Assembly: GCA_000182565.2 (NCBI GenBank)
Contig: KQ257459.1
DNA: 64,000 bases
Origin: Spizellomyces punctatus DAOM BR117
Lineage: Eukaryota
Reading direction: 5' to 3' (one strand)
A program made the translations under genes and the position numbers. A model generated the notes under the pieces. That model was not told the DNA's origin and ran no database searches. It saw nothing but the letters and a program-made list of their open reading frames with translations. Of the stretch, positions 14,675-26,994 are shown in pieces (the stretch's first letter is position 1; each line of letters opens with the position of its first letter).

Positions 14675-15882
14675 CTACGCATGCAAATTCTTGTTCTTGT
14701 TACTGCTCCTCCTGATCAATCTCTTGCCTGGATCCTCTGAAGAGGATTGGGCGGTGTCGTATCCCTGTGGATTTTGCAGTCGCCAGTTCCAGGCATCCCT
14801 GCACATGTCCTCCAGATTCTTGATCGCTTTCCATCCGAGCACCTTATGTGCTCTAGCTGGATCGGCAACCACTTCTGCAACGTCGCCATCCCGTCGTGGC
14901 GCGCTCCGGACAGGGATCGATAGTCCCGTGCTTTTTTCCATCGCATTGACCATTTGAAGGACTGATGTACCGCTTCCGGTACCCATGTTAATTATATCCC
15001 ATGCGCCACCTTCGCATGATAAAACATTGGCGTGGCGGAGAGCTTCTACATGTCCTCGAGCGAGGTCGACAACATGAATAAAGTCTCGTACACCGGAGCC
15101 ATCACACGTTGGCCAGTCCACTCCAGTGATTTCCAGATGAGATCGTTCTCCCGTCATAACTTGTAGAACGAATGGCATGAGGTTCCCTGGTCCGCCTTTA
15201 GGGTCTTCGCCAATCATTCCACTCTCATGTGCACCCACCGGGTTGAAATATCGCAGAATGACCCCGGCCAAGGGTTTATGTGCTTCACACATGTCGCGAA
15301 TGATGTTTTCGACCATTAGCTTTGACCTTCCATAAGGATTAGCTGGAGAGGTTGCGTGGGTCTCAGGAATCAACGTGGTGTTCATCTCTGGGGTTCCGTA
15401 TACCGCCGCCGTCGAGGAAAAGACCAACCGATGGACACCGTGGCGGGACATTGTTGTTAACAAGTTGATAGTGCCGGCGACATTCACACGATAGTAGTCC
15501 AAGGGCTTGTGCACGGACTCGGGAGCTGATTTGAGAGCAGCAAAGTGGATCACAGCCCAAATAGGTTGTCGAGCAAAAACAGATTCGAGGAATGCAGAGT
15601 CCAAAAGGTCTCCTTCGTAGAAATGAATCTTGGACGAGGTGAGCTGGGAGACGCGACGGAGAGATTCTTCAGTAGAATTACTAAGATTGTCTATAACCGA
15701 GACTTTGTATCCGCTCTATGGAAAGTTTCCAAAAGTAACATTAACAACATGATCATTCTATACTGATAGAAAATCATTCTTACCTGCAATAGTTCGAAGA
15801 CCGTATGAGATCCAATGTACCCTGCCCCACCCGTAACTAGCACATGGAGCTTGTCGGCACCATCTTGAACTGTCACAGGCAT
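14675..15882 (-). CDS. galE: UDP-glucose 4-epimerase, 2 exons
   Basis: VLVTGGAGYIGSH, VIHFAALK, FSSTAAVYG, YGRSK, LRYFNPVGAH, RDFIHVVDLA. Confidence 0.95.
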
Positions 15883-17130
15883 ATTTGGGTGTATGCTACA
15901 AGGTACAGAGTCCCTGACTTTGACGAGAGAGTGAGTACGCACAACAACCATCATATAAGAACAATTGTTATAGAAGAGCTCTTTCGATGAGGCGCTGGCG
16001 GTCGACTGTTTATATGGTGCGGACTGGGGATCTTTGGAAAGTTATGCGGTTATCTAACGCCTTCTTTTTAATCCGGCAATATGGTTCCTATTGTTGAACC
16101 AAGTGTGATGGCATTTTGTGTACCACGTCATTCAACAATGCCTGAGTTTCGACAATGAATATTGACCGTTGAACAAACACACAAACTACACGAGTGTCCT
16201 CATGCTTGTACCCTCGAAACCAAATTCCACACGTTTTTGACAGTCTTGAATCTATTATTAGGAATAAGATGTAATAAGCCCGATTTTTTTTTGGCCTGCT
16301 GAAAATTGCCGATCGAGAGTGGGGACCCCAAACTGAGTTTTGGACTATTTGTTTGTTTGTATTTTTTTAATTTTTAGAAAGGAAGAAAAAAACAAAACTC
16401 CCCCAGATCGGCTGTAATAAACTCTCATCTTATGAAACCAAGAAACGAATTTCACGGCACATGTTTCCTCCTATCTAAACTTGTTTTCCAAGAGATCGTA
16501 GATGGTGGCTTATGCGTTAGCTGCAAGCACGCCCGTAATAAAGTCTGTTTTATCACCTTCGTTCTTTAACAATCATTAATTGAATTTTCACGATTAGACA
16601 TCTCAGCGCCAAGCCCTAAATAACTTGTACTCTCGATCAGTGCTCTCAGAACATATTATCCCGAAAGAATGAAAAGAAACTCTGCAATAGTTACTCAGCC
16701 AGGCCTGATTCAAATCAACACAAAAACGTGGGAACTACCGAAAATGAAGGCATTTAGATGCAGTGCGGTCCAGCGAATGTAACCACGTTGAGGGGAAACT
16801 CCAATATTGCAAGCCACGTAAAGCCAATTCTGATGATACTTTTGTTCGCTGTGCGGACGGCTAACATACTTCTTGCGTACTTCCAAGTTCAAAAGATGGA
16901 TCACTGCATACACACGCTCAGCTCAGGACTAACAATTCCATGTGGATAGTTCAACCATCTTCTTCTGCTCCGCTTTCCCTTTCCGCCCGAAACCAAAACG
17001 CAAACTGGGCGGAGAAGGTGATCAGCTAATGCCAACGTAAGCGAACGCGCGCAGCACGTGGTCATGGGGTAAGCGAAACGGCCAGAACTTGGCATGCCCT
17101 TGCAAATGCAGATTGTCCGCACCGACCGTC

Positions 17131-18477
17131 ATGGCTGACGAGTACGAATCCGTTCTTCTTGTCATAAGGGAGTGTTATGTTTACAGGTATAGTACCGGTG
17201 TGAAGGCTTGTCTTTTGTCGCTATGGCTCATGAGACAGATTGCTAGGGTTCCTCCGCGTTCGTCAACCCGAGGATACAGGTTGGTTGTAATGAGCCTGTA
17301 GGGTCGGTCCCTGTCACGCATATGCAAAAGTGTGGCTTACTTGCGGCATTAAGAGCATCAGACTGGGATGTGAACCAACATTTGTGGACTGGGCGGCTGC
17401 GGGTCATAGCCAAGGGTGATAATGCTGTTATTCAATTGGAGGTAGGTGTCCTCGTTGACCGAGCGGTAATGTAGTCAATATGGTATTGAAATTTGGTTGG
17501 TTTAGGACGCAAATACAGGTGCGAAATTGGAATATCTCGCTGTGCACCCCCCGAAAGTTGGCCAATCGCATATCTTTCCAATTGTAGGCGACATATTTGC
17601 GGTCTCCCCTTATGATCCCCAAAGCAATAGCGTAGAACCAGTGCTAGACTCTAGCAGATATTTTGTTCTCAGGATCGTTGATCCATCATCCGGTTTGTAG
17701 GTTGCCTCCGGTATTCACCAAGAACATCGCAGCTTACTCTTCTTTTCATCTCTCGATCATAGGTCACCATGCTTTTGTGGGCATGGGATTCCCTGACCGA
17801 TCTCAAGCATTTGATTTTAATGTTGCCTTGCAGGATCACGTAACGTACGTTTCCCATCCTTTCAAATTGCTTGCACAACGCTAAACCGAAATCTTATAGG
17901 CGCGTCAAGCGAGAAAAAGAAAAAGAGCAGCATCAACCTGGCCAACCCCAAGGTCCAAAGTTAGATTACAGTTGGAAAGAAGGAGAAACCATTTCAATTC
18001 AGCTTGGCAATGTAAGTGTTGACATGAGATCTGGACTGAACCGACGTTTCTCTCATTCTTTCAAAATGTAGACTTCAACAAAATCCAAAAGAGCGCCGGC
18101 AAACAACAGCAATGCTAACACACCTATACGTAGGTGTTTGAAGAGCAGCCATGCTTTCTGATACCGTTCACATTTTTAATCTGCTATGTGTTCTGCCACG
18201 GTATAGCCTTCCTACCCCCTCCACCAAGCGCTACAAAGCCAGCTACACCGTTGAAATCACAGCAGTCAATAGCAAGCAAGCCATCACAACCGAATAGCGG
18301 GGACGAGTGGTCCGACTTTACGGATTTCGTGTCATCGTGAGTATATAGGCTCGTGGCACCCCACGGCTCCTCCTCTAATGTTTTACTTTATGCAGGTCGA
18401 ACACGTCGACGGGAAACCAGGCACAGTCGGAGCAGACGACACCAGCAAATGTCCCATCTGGTTGGACCACATTTTGA
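17131..18477 (+). CDS. NECAP: Adaptin ear-binding coat-associated protein, many short exons
   Basis: MADEYESVLLVIRECYVYR.PPR..GYRASDW, VEPVLDSSRYFVLRI, AFVGMGF.DRSQAFDFNVALQDH, LDYSWKEGETI, and terminal GWTTF (WxxF) stop. Confidence 0.92.
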
Positions 18478-18651
18478 TCTTGGTGGTAATAGAACTTGTC
18501 CTCTAAAATACTCTATATGCGGAATATTTAACAGCCGTCGTGCTTTGAGCACGGTTTCGGACTATGAGCATAAGTGCAGATCCAGTCAGCTTGGTAGATA
18601 GGTTCTTCAAAGCATGCTATTTCAAACACAACTACCCGACCTGAGCAATCG

Positions 18652-19599
18652 CTATACTACATTTGTCCTCGCAACCAATGGTTGTGTCGTATCCTGATGG
18701 CACTTGTCAGTCCCTTTAGTAACGCTTCGGTTCCGTCCAGTGTTTTCATATGCGACAAGAACCATCAAGGCACTCCCTATTATGTACAAGGTACTACCCA
18801 CCAACCATGGTACACCTACTGTCCAGAATCCGACAGCACCGTAAAGGAATACACCAGGCCAACTCGCAGCCGCAAAGAGCATGGACCCAAGAGAGTAGGA
18901 TATAGATATGTACGCAGTAGGATTTTGGTAAAGTGGTACAGTCTGAGGCGTGACAATAATTGATGCGAGCGATGCTACAGCACCGAATAGGAAAGACAGT
19001 GAGCCAATCAGACTTGGAAGGTAGATCCCAAACCGCGATAGATATAGCTGTGTCGTTGTGTCCGTCATCTCGGAGGCGTTCATCAGAGGTGAAGAAGGAA
19101 AAAAGGAGAGAAGAGCCTGGATGTCAAAAAAGACGATACCGACCAGGAATAGCAATGTGCTCCACCATGATGGATCTCTCCAACTTGGAGTACTACTGTG
19201 CAACGACTCGGGATACACCTGTCGTAGTGATTTGTCGGGCCTACGTATTGAGTCTGATCTCGAGTTGATGGTTCTACGGCTTGTGCTATACTGTAGGCAT
19301 CTAATCCACCGTCTACAAGATATCAAAAGACTGGGGGACGCAATCACGGTCCATTCGATGCCGATCGCAATAGTAAAGAGAATTGAGCCGATAAGAAAAG
19401 CTAGGTTGGAGATGATGACATATATCGGTACGAGATTTTGGGCAGGCAAAAATGTGAAGCAGGCAAGAATGGAGCTTGCAAGGAAGAGGATGGAGCCGAT
19501 CAAGTAGTTTATGGACGTGAAAAACGGTGTCGTATGCCAAAATTCCGTTGACGATGATACTTTATCTGGGTGACAAGACATTGCTAGAATCAAATCCAT
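18652..19599 (-). CDS. Integral membrane protein with repeated F/Y-x-x-G-S-x-x-F helices (YrhK-like)
   Basis: 315-aa intronless ORF with YLIGSILF, FLIGSILF, LIGSLSF, LGSMLF and LVGSTLY repeats. Confidence 0.65.
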   Translation of the reverse strand: MDLILAMSCHPDKVSSSTEFWHTTPFFTSINYLIGSILFLASSILACFTFLPAQNLVPIYVIISNLAFLIGSILFTIAIGIEWTVIASPSLLISCRRWIRCLQYSTSRRTINSRSDSIRRPDKSLRQVYPESLHSSTPSWRDPSWWSTLLFLVGIVFFDIQALLSFFPSSPLMNASEMTDTTTQLYLSRFGIYLPSLIGSLSFLFGAVASLASIIVTPQTVPLYQNPTAYISISYSLGSMLFAAASWPGVFLYGAVGFWTVGVPWLVGSTLYIIGSALMVLVAYENTGRNRSVTKGTDKCHQDTTQPLVARTNVV

Positions 19600-19798
19600 C
19601 AGTCATCGATAGTTTGTGCCAATGCCAATGACTTGTACTCTTTAATGTGCGCACCTTTGCTGTTGAATCACAAACAAAAGGTGTGGTACTCTTGCCGGTC
19701 ATGGAGATATTCACTCTGCCATCCTTTGTCAAGCGCAAGCTAGAATGTCCCTAGAGATCCCATTACATATGCGTTACATATTTCCAATGGAGAGAAGA

Positions 19799-19898
19799 NN
19801 NNNNNNNNNNNNNNNNNNNNNNNNNNNNNNNNNNNNNNNNNNNNNNNNNNNNNNNNNNNNNNNNNNNNNNNNNNNNNNNNNNNNNNNNNNNNNNNNNN
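19799..19898. other. Assembly gap (100 N)
   Basis: Run of N. Confidence 1.
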
Positions 19899-20547
19899 TT
19901 CAAATGGTCAGGTTATCCATAAACTAAACATGAGTTGCTTGCATAATCCCCTACGTAATGCTTACGTACGTATCACTTTTCGGGAGAAGTGTGCCAAGTG
20001 ATAAACACCTTTTTTTATTTTACTTGCCCTTTTTTGTCGACCGCGTTCGGCCGCAGAAAACGCACACGGGGAAATTAGTCCAGTTGGGAAGGCGAGGAGG
20101 GGGGGAAGAAAGCCAAGTCGGAAGCGATGAATAGTCTCGCATAGGCAAAATAGTTTCTTTTATCACGCTTTACCGCTTCCTTTTTCTGTGAGTTTGCGGT
20201 TCATCACGCTCGTTTGGTTGATATCTTCCCGTTTTTTGACGTTCGTATCAGCACCGCCTCGTTTTGCGCGCGATAGACTCAATACAATTGTATATTGTAA
20301 CGGAACGGTCACTTGCCCTCCGTCGATCCTCTCCCCTCGTGCTATCAACACGAATTCCATTTCCCTTTTTTTTTTTGTCTTGTTGTGCCCATCTGCAAGT
20401 TGGAGGGGAGGGAGATTAGCACCGCCTCCGCGTCCCCGTCGAATATTTAGGTTTCATGCTTTCCTTCTTGTCCCCGTTCTTTTTTACGCCTTCCTAGAAC
20501 ATCAAAGCCTTTTAGACACCGTCATAGCCTTTTAACATACTCATACT

Positions 20548-21501
20548 ATGCGTGTCAACATTTCCAGCGCTCGTGGGCGTTTAGTTCGGAAAGCCGCCGA
20601 ATGCCCACCAAGGGTCGAGGAACAGCCGCAGCTGCTGCTGGTACAGCCGCAGAGGCCAGAACAAGTCTGCTTGCCTGTGGAGCCGATGGCTGAGTTTGAT
20701 TTGTTGGCGGCCGAGTTTGATGCATTAGAGAATGGGCGCCAGTCGTTCCCTGTGGACCCGCACAACGGGACAAGTTCCTGGTGGGGAAGTATTGGTTGTG
20801 ATGAGGTCGATTGGTCGCTCGCTACTGCAGCTGGGTCAGCGGAGCAGCCGCTGCACATGGATGATCCTTGTTCAATAATGGATTTCGATGCAATACTCCA
20901 ACCTGTTGCGTTTCCCGTTATCGATCCTACGCCGTTGCCCATGGACGTTTTCCCCACCCCCGAGTCTCAGTTCGCAGATACACCCCTTTTGTCACTTGGT
21001 CATGAAAACTTTATGACCGACGGGGACTACTTTGGCAACTACACCTCCTCCGTCTCAGAAGACATTGACCTACTCTTGCAAGATCTGGCCGCAGTCGGTG
21101 ACCCACCCGCTATGCCAATGAGCATCGCCAATCCCCTTCTCCAAGCGCCACTAACACCTCCACAAACTACATCTGACAATCGTATCCGCCCACGAACAAT
21201 GACACCGAAACGCTTCACATGTCCGATACCCGGATGCACCAAATCCTTTACCCGAAAATACAATATGAATTCTCACGTTCGATGCCACTCTGGCGAGAAA
21301 CCCTTTATATGCCCCCACTGCCCCGACGTCTCTTTTGCTCGTAAGCACGATCTAAGAAGACACGTTATTTGCTTGCACAATGTCGAGCGCCCATTTGGGT
21401 GTGATCATTGCACACTGAGATTCAATCGGAGTGATGCACTGAAGCGTCATTTGGAGGCGGTGAAGAGGAAGGAGGTTGACAGTAGATTTGGAGAGTTGTG
21501 A
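20548..21501 (+). CDS. C2H2 zinc-finger transcription factor (Crz1-like finger pattern)
   Basis: FTCPIPGCTKSFTRKYNMNSHVRCHSGEKPF, CPHC..FARKHDLRRH, CDHC..FNRSDALKRH; acidic N-terminal region. The true start may be ATG 20686. Confidence 0.88.
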   Translation: MRVNISSARGRLVRKAAECPPRVEEQPQLLLVQPQRPEQVCLPVEPMAEFDLLAAEFDALENGRQSFPVDPHNGTSSWWGSIGCDEVDWSLATAAGSAEQPLHMDDPCSIMDFDAILQPVAFPVIDPTPLPMDVFPTPESQFADTPLLSLGHENFMTDGDYFGNYTSSVSEDIDLLLQDLAAVGDPPAMPMSIANPLLQAPLTPPQTTSDNRIRPRTMTPKRFTCPIPGCTKSFTRKYNMNSHVRCHSGEKPFICPHCPDVSFARKHDLRRHVICLHNVERPFGCDHCTLRFNRSDALKRHLEAVKRKEVDSRFGEL

Positions 21502-22054
21502 CGGATACTGGATGGTAAAATTGTTATACCCTTGGGGATGAGATTGGGGCGCTTGTACAGTTTTCTTTTTTTTTTTTTCACATTCTGATGGGATTCTGGA
21601 TGGTACTGGTTACCTGCTGTATTATTTTTGTTTTCATACTTGTTTTTGTATATTTCATTGGGAGGGCCGGGACCCACGTATGCATTTATTCGTTAGCTAT
21701 ACCTTTAACAACAGCTGTCGCTTTTGACTCTTTGTTCCCAAACTGAAAATGGTCGATCCTAAACCAAATGGCTATTGCCAAAAGCAATGTAGTGACATTC
21801 AAAGAGTTGGATACTTCCCGTCGTCAACTTGCTGAACGTCCGTGTGGTTGGAAAGATCTTTAACTTGCTGAACTTACTCGTTAGAAATCCTGAGTGTTCT
21901 TGGCAAAGCGATTTATTTCCAAACCCGAGAGGCCTCCATCTCGATTGATGAGTAATTCCCAGCACAGACACGCGAGCAACTGCGTCCTCGCGCGACATAA
22001 AATGAGGTTGATGCAAAAAGACATTTCGCCCAACGACATTTGGGCAAAAACGGT

Positions 22055-23698
22055 ATGAGCTCGCCCAACATGAATACTCTCAAGAGATGCCTGGCTGATC
22101 TTCGATTTACAAACTCGTTCACACACCATCTCATTGCTGACGCTCGAACAGCAGGCGAACCATTTGCTCGTGCGCGAACACCTAGCCCCTTCGCCCACAC
22201 GCCACGCCAAGTCTTGTCCGCCCACTTTTCATATGTTGAGCCTGAACCCGCTCCAGACCCTGTTTTGATATCTGTTAGCAAGCCATGCGGGGAGGTGTTG
22301 GGATTGGATCTAGAGGCTATATTGGCTGATGAGAGGGAGAAGGATAGGTTTATTGGATTCGTAAGTGGACGGTATGTGCCTGAAGGGACGAATCCGTGGT
22401 CCATGGCGTATGCTGGCCATCAGTTTGGGTCTTGGGCGGGACAGTTGGGAGATGGGCGTGCGATTTGTCTGGGTGAAGTGACAACAGAGGCTGAACAAAG
22501 GTGGGAAGTTCAGTTGAAGGGCGCTGGATTGACACCTTTTTCGAGGTTTGCGGATGGATACGCTGTTCTGCGCTCGTCGATAAGAGAGTACCTATGTTCA
22601 GAGGCCATGTTCCACCTTGGCGTTCCGACAACCCGTGCATTATCGTTGGTTGGGTCGTCACGACGTGTGCAGCGGGAAACCGAGGAGACTGGAGCGGTGG
22701 TATGCCGCCTGGCACCAACATGGGTCCGATTTGGGAATTTTGAACTCTTTTTGTCGAGAGGGGATATTCCCAATCTTCGCCTCCTTGCCGACTGGGTCAT
22801 CGCACACCACTTTCCTCATCTTGCCGCGCATCCAACAAAGTATTCCGCTTGGTTAACTGAAGTTACTCACCGAACCGCCAAGACCATCGCAAAGTGGCAA
22901 TCCGTTGGATTCTGCCATGGTGTTCTCAACACCGACAACATGTCCATACTAGGTCTCACCTTGGACTATGGTCCGTTCCAATTTATGGATGCCTATGACC
23001 CTCAGTATGTGTGCAATCACAGCGACCATACCGGGCGATATGCTTTTGATGCACAGCCTGGAGTAGGCTTGTGGAATGTGGCGAAATTGGCGTCGGCGGT
23101 TTCACCTTTGGTTGTGGACGAGGAGAACGGTGATAAATCTCGGGCAGAGGACAAGTTGAAAGAGGTTTTGCAATCTTACGCGGGCAAATTTCATGAAGAG
23201 TACATGTCTCTCATGACGAAAAAACTGGGATTAATGTCCCCCCGTCCTGAAGATGTCGAAACGCTAGTCAAGCCTCTCCTAGCCCACCTCGCCACCCTTC
23301 AAGCTGACTATACGCACTTTTTCCGATCCCTCAGTACTGGATTCACACTCGCTCAGTCAGATTCCAAACCGCCCCTATCCGAGCCGCTAGAAGAATGGTA
23401 CAACGCCTATCGAACACGTCTACTCTCTGAACTCGATTCACAAGCGCAAGATGTACTTGTAAAAGCTGACATGGACAGGATGCAAAGAATGAAAGCTGCC
23501 AACCCAAAGTACATACTTCGCAACCATTTAGCGCAGCAGGTCATTGATAAAGCAGAGAAGGGTGACTATGGAGACTTGGAAGCCTATTTCAAAGTTTTAC
23601 AAAGACCTTTCGAGGACGGAAGCGCAGAGGAGGGAACAAAGTTTGCGGGAAGTGTTCCGTCGTGGGCGAAAGGCTTAAAGTGCAGTTGTTCGTCATAG
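22055..23698 (+). CDS. SELENOO: SelO/YdiU protein adenylyltransferase (Cys homolog)
   Basis: YAGHQFG.WAGQLGDGRA, QLKGAG.TPFSR.ADG.AVLRSSIRE, HGVLNTDN, DYGPF, NPKYILRN, C-terminal CSCSS. Confidence 0.95.
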   Translation: MSSPNMNTLKRCLADLRFTNSFTHHLIADARTAGEPFARARTPSPFAHTPRQVLSAHFSYVEPEPAPDPVLISVSKPCGEVLGLDLEAILADEREKDRFIGFVSGRYVPEGTNPWSMAYAGHQFGSWAGQLGDGRAICLGEVTTEAEQRWEVQLKGAGLTPFSRFADGYAVLRSSIREYLCSEAMFHLGVPTTRALSLVGSSRRVQRETEETGAVVCRLAPTWVRFGNFELFLSRGDIPNLRLLADWVIAHHFPHLAAHPTKYSAWLTEVTHRTAKTIAKWQSVGFCHGVLNTDNMSILGLTLDYGPFQFMDAYDPQYVCNHSDHTGRYAFDAQPGVGLWNVAKLASAVSPLVVDEENGDKSRAEDKLKEVLQSYAGKFHEEYMSLMTKKLGLMSPRPEDVETLVKPLLAHLATLQADYTHFFRSLSTGFTLAQSDSKPPLSEPLEEWYNAYRTRLLSELDSQAQDVLVKADMDRMQRMKAANPKYILRNHLAQQVIDKAEKGDYGDLEAYFKVLQRPFEDGSAEEGTKFAGSVPSWAKGLKCSCSS

Positions 23699-23877
23699 AT
23701 TACAGTAGAAATATGAGAGGATTCCAGTTTCAGTATTTCGCTAGCGATTAGAATTCAATACAGCGAGAATCAATTCCAAAAGTGTCTATGTGAATCTGCC
23801 AGTTTTCCCGAAGTCCAACGCATTCAATGGCATAAAAAATGCAAAAGAGCAAACTAACAAACCTCAAGGCGAACGCA

Positions 23878-26075
23878 TCATCTTCCCTCCCCATTCTCCA
23901 CCATTACGCCAGCAATTTTCCCAACACATTTTAATCCCCCCTCACCCCTAAACAAAACAGTTCTGCCAACCACGACCCATTCTGGTTCATAGGCAAATCT
24001 AAATCTAACCCTGGCAGACTCGCTAGTCTTGAGCGATCCGACATTCTCCATCCTTACAATCTTTGCGCCCTGTCGGACAGCACCTACGTAAATGACACCA
24101 TGACAGGACGGTCCGACGGTGGAAGCACAATGTAAAACGTTTAGATCGGCATCAAATTCCCATACCGGAGGGGGAGGTGGAGTCGAGAGGAGAACCTGTC
24201 CTTTCCGGAGTCGAAATGATGGAGGCGGTGTGATGTTGTACGCAACGGTATCCTTCTCATGGAACGAGTCAGATGCATTTGGGTCAGACAAGAACGTAAG
24301 GGCGCAAGACGCAGCTTGACCAGCTTTGATGAGGTTGACAGGACAGCGTTGCCGGTGGATTGAGTTTATACGAACGGGAATGAAGCTCCCACGGTCGGGG
24401 CCAAGGTAGTATGTAGGTTGGGACGTATGTGGGTGCGTCGTGATCCGACCTGAAAGAAGTTTGCCGCCAATGACACATCCAACATCTTATATATTGCCAC
24501 CGGTTAGCATTATCGAGTACAAAATAGACAATATACGAGAAGAATATACCTGGGACGGAATAAATTTCTTCGACTTGATATTCCACCTCCTCTTCCAGTA
24601 GTTGATCGTAGTCACTCATAGGTTTGGGCAGGTAGTTGAAGAAATTGGTGAGGAGGGAAAGGTTTTCTCCTGTCACGCTCGATGTCAAGAAAATTGGAAC
24701 AACTCTGCGGATTTAAATGTAAATTAGCTCACTAGCTAGGAGACATCAACAACAGGCCAAAATTGCCAAACCTTGAATCCAAAAAGCTCGAAACAGAGAC
24801 CACTAAATCGTCCTGATTTTGTATTACAACCGGCACCCTTCTCATTCCCGGGGCTTTCAACAATGCCAAGAAAGACGAAACGGTCCTCTTCAATTGAGGA
24901 GGAGTTGCAATGTCCACTTTTGTAATCACCACAAAGACCGGCACTTTGAGGACAACCGCAATGGCCAAATGTTCTCTCGAAATGTCCGAGACGCCTGTGT
25001 TAGCTCCAATAATCAAGCAGGCATAATCAGGCGCATGACCCGCCAATCCACTGATGGTTGTCTTTTGATACTTTGGATGACCACACATGTCGAGGAACGT
25101 TACAATCTTTGAAGCGGTTTCGCAGATTTGAGCCCACGTCTGGATATTATTGGAGGCGTAGTTAATGAGAGCGCCGTGTGGATCAAAACCGATGATCTGG
25201 TGGGAGATGGAGGACGTCCGGCCAGATTCGATTTCGTGGCGATGACGGAGGAGGTTTAGGCGTGCTTTTCCTCTGCCGTTATCGTTTTCACTATGTGTCA
25301 GGACGCCAAGGAGCGTTGACTCTGGTGGGATAGACAAATGCGGTCAGGTTGCAACCGCTAGAAGCAAAAGACAAAGGTAAATTCAGAAAAGTATGCTCAA
25401 ACTTACTCCCAGCATCGGCACCTCCGATTATGGCCACCCTGATCTCCAGAAAATGCTGATCGTCCGTCAAACACTTTCGCACTAGCACCTCGGCTACTTT
25501 GCGTGCAGGCGTTTCACCGGGGCTTGTTACATCCCGCTCACGTATAATGGACACATCTGCACGCAAAGCTTCTCCCATCTTGCGTAGCGTTGCGACAGAA
25601 CGGTCGAGGTCGTCTTGTGTTAGACCGATAAGCGTGCCCTTATCTGAGACCCCAATTTCGTACATGGCTTCACCATATCCTTCTGCAAGGCTAGAGGAAA
25701 GTAGACGTGACGTCGTTAGAATCCAATGTTGAATAAGGGCTAATACAGTCGGCAGACCTACCGCCATTTAAGCTGGGTGATGAGATGTTCCAGACGAGCA
25801 GGGGGAGGATTAATGAGCTGAAGCTAGATATAGCAAGATGTTAGTACGATGTATATGATTTCCAATAGTCTAAAGCTTACCTTGTACTCAACCTAAAATG
25901 CGATCCAAGAGCAATGAAGCTAATGAGCATTAAATCTCTCAAACCAGCTTATTATGCGACGTACATTTCCTTCTTCAACTTCTGGCGGAAGGCGGGTATC
26001 ATGAACTTTACTCGCCATAAAAGTATTCACGGATGTGGAAGGCGCCATATTCGATGCTTCGTTGAGTCGAAACAT
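23878..26075 (-). CDS. GTPBP1/2: GTP-binding protein 1/2 (translational GTPase family), multi-exon
   Basis: LPPEVEEGN-VEYK-LQL, AIIGGADAG-KSTL, DNGRGKAR..RHRHEIESGRTSSIS, FLDMCGH, TKVD. Confidence 0.92.
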
Positions 26076-26994
26076 GACTGTATTCTTAATAGTAATCCCA
26101 AAAAGGCGGTAGCAAAGTTTTCAAAACGCTTCTGAGCTCAAGCTATATATCGCAACTGCGTTTTTTTTTCGTTATTTTGGTTCAGGTTATTCGAGGTGGT
26201 TTGCGAGCGTAAAATTCCTTCATTGTGGGTTTCAGGTAAAGCAGACCACTACGATTGATATGGAAGGATCGCTAGATCTCGTCCGTGAGAGACAATGAAA
26301 AAAATTCTGTCTGCTGTTTTCTTGGCTTCTTTCTATCACAGATCTCTTTATAAGTGATGCCTGCACCATCATCTACAAGGTTGCTCCGACACCATTTCTG
26401 CAAAGGTAAGGACGGAAGCTCTGATTACGCCAACCACTCCACAACGTGTACGTCATGTGACTCATGTTTGGGTCAAGTCACACTTCAACTGCACGGCTGG
26501 GACTGTGACTGAAAAAGCAACTGGCTTTGAATCTAGGCGAGCTCAACGACTGCGTTGGAAGGAGAGCAGCTGGATGGTTATGGCAGATGAACAGATTTGG
26601 AGAATAAGTTTCATGGCAGCTGGCAGAGACGGCGACTCGCTGCATCAATTAGTCATGTACTCGTTATCATTCCATTTGATCCTTAATGATTTTACAAACG
26701 TCCAACGGGGCGGAGGACACCTCGCTTGATGGCGGAGGAACCGATTCATAATGGTACTACTCGTATTATTCATACGCCCAACCGGCGGTATCTTTTCTCG
26801 CCCGTCTCCCCGCATCGCAAATTACTTTGAAGATTATTCATCATCATTGCGTTTATTCTTACTAAGCATGGCCATGCTTTTGATTGGAAATATGTGACTC
26901 ATTGATGGGCGCATTTTGGGGGAGGATAAATTCAAGGCCACCTTGCAGCCAACCCACATCTTCATCTCGTATTCACAACCCAAACACATACATC

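Noticed and set aside
16740..16900. Fragments resembling a LIM domain (KAFRCS; HVEGKLQYCKP)
   Set aside because: The pieces lie in different frames with stops and no start; too short to call a pseudogene.
23675..23698. Possible selenocysteine (UGA) in the SelO C-terminus, since some early-diverging fungi use Sec
   Set aside because: The codons are TGC AGT TGT TCG TCA TAG (CSCSS stop), a Cys homolog with no in-frame TGA.
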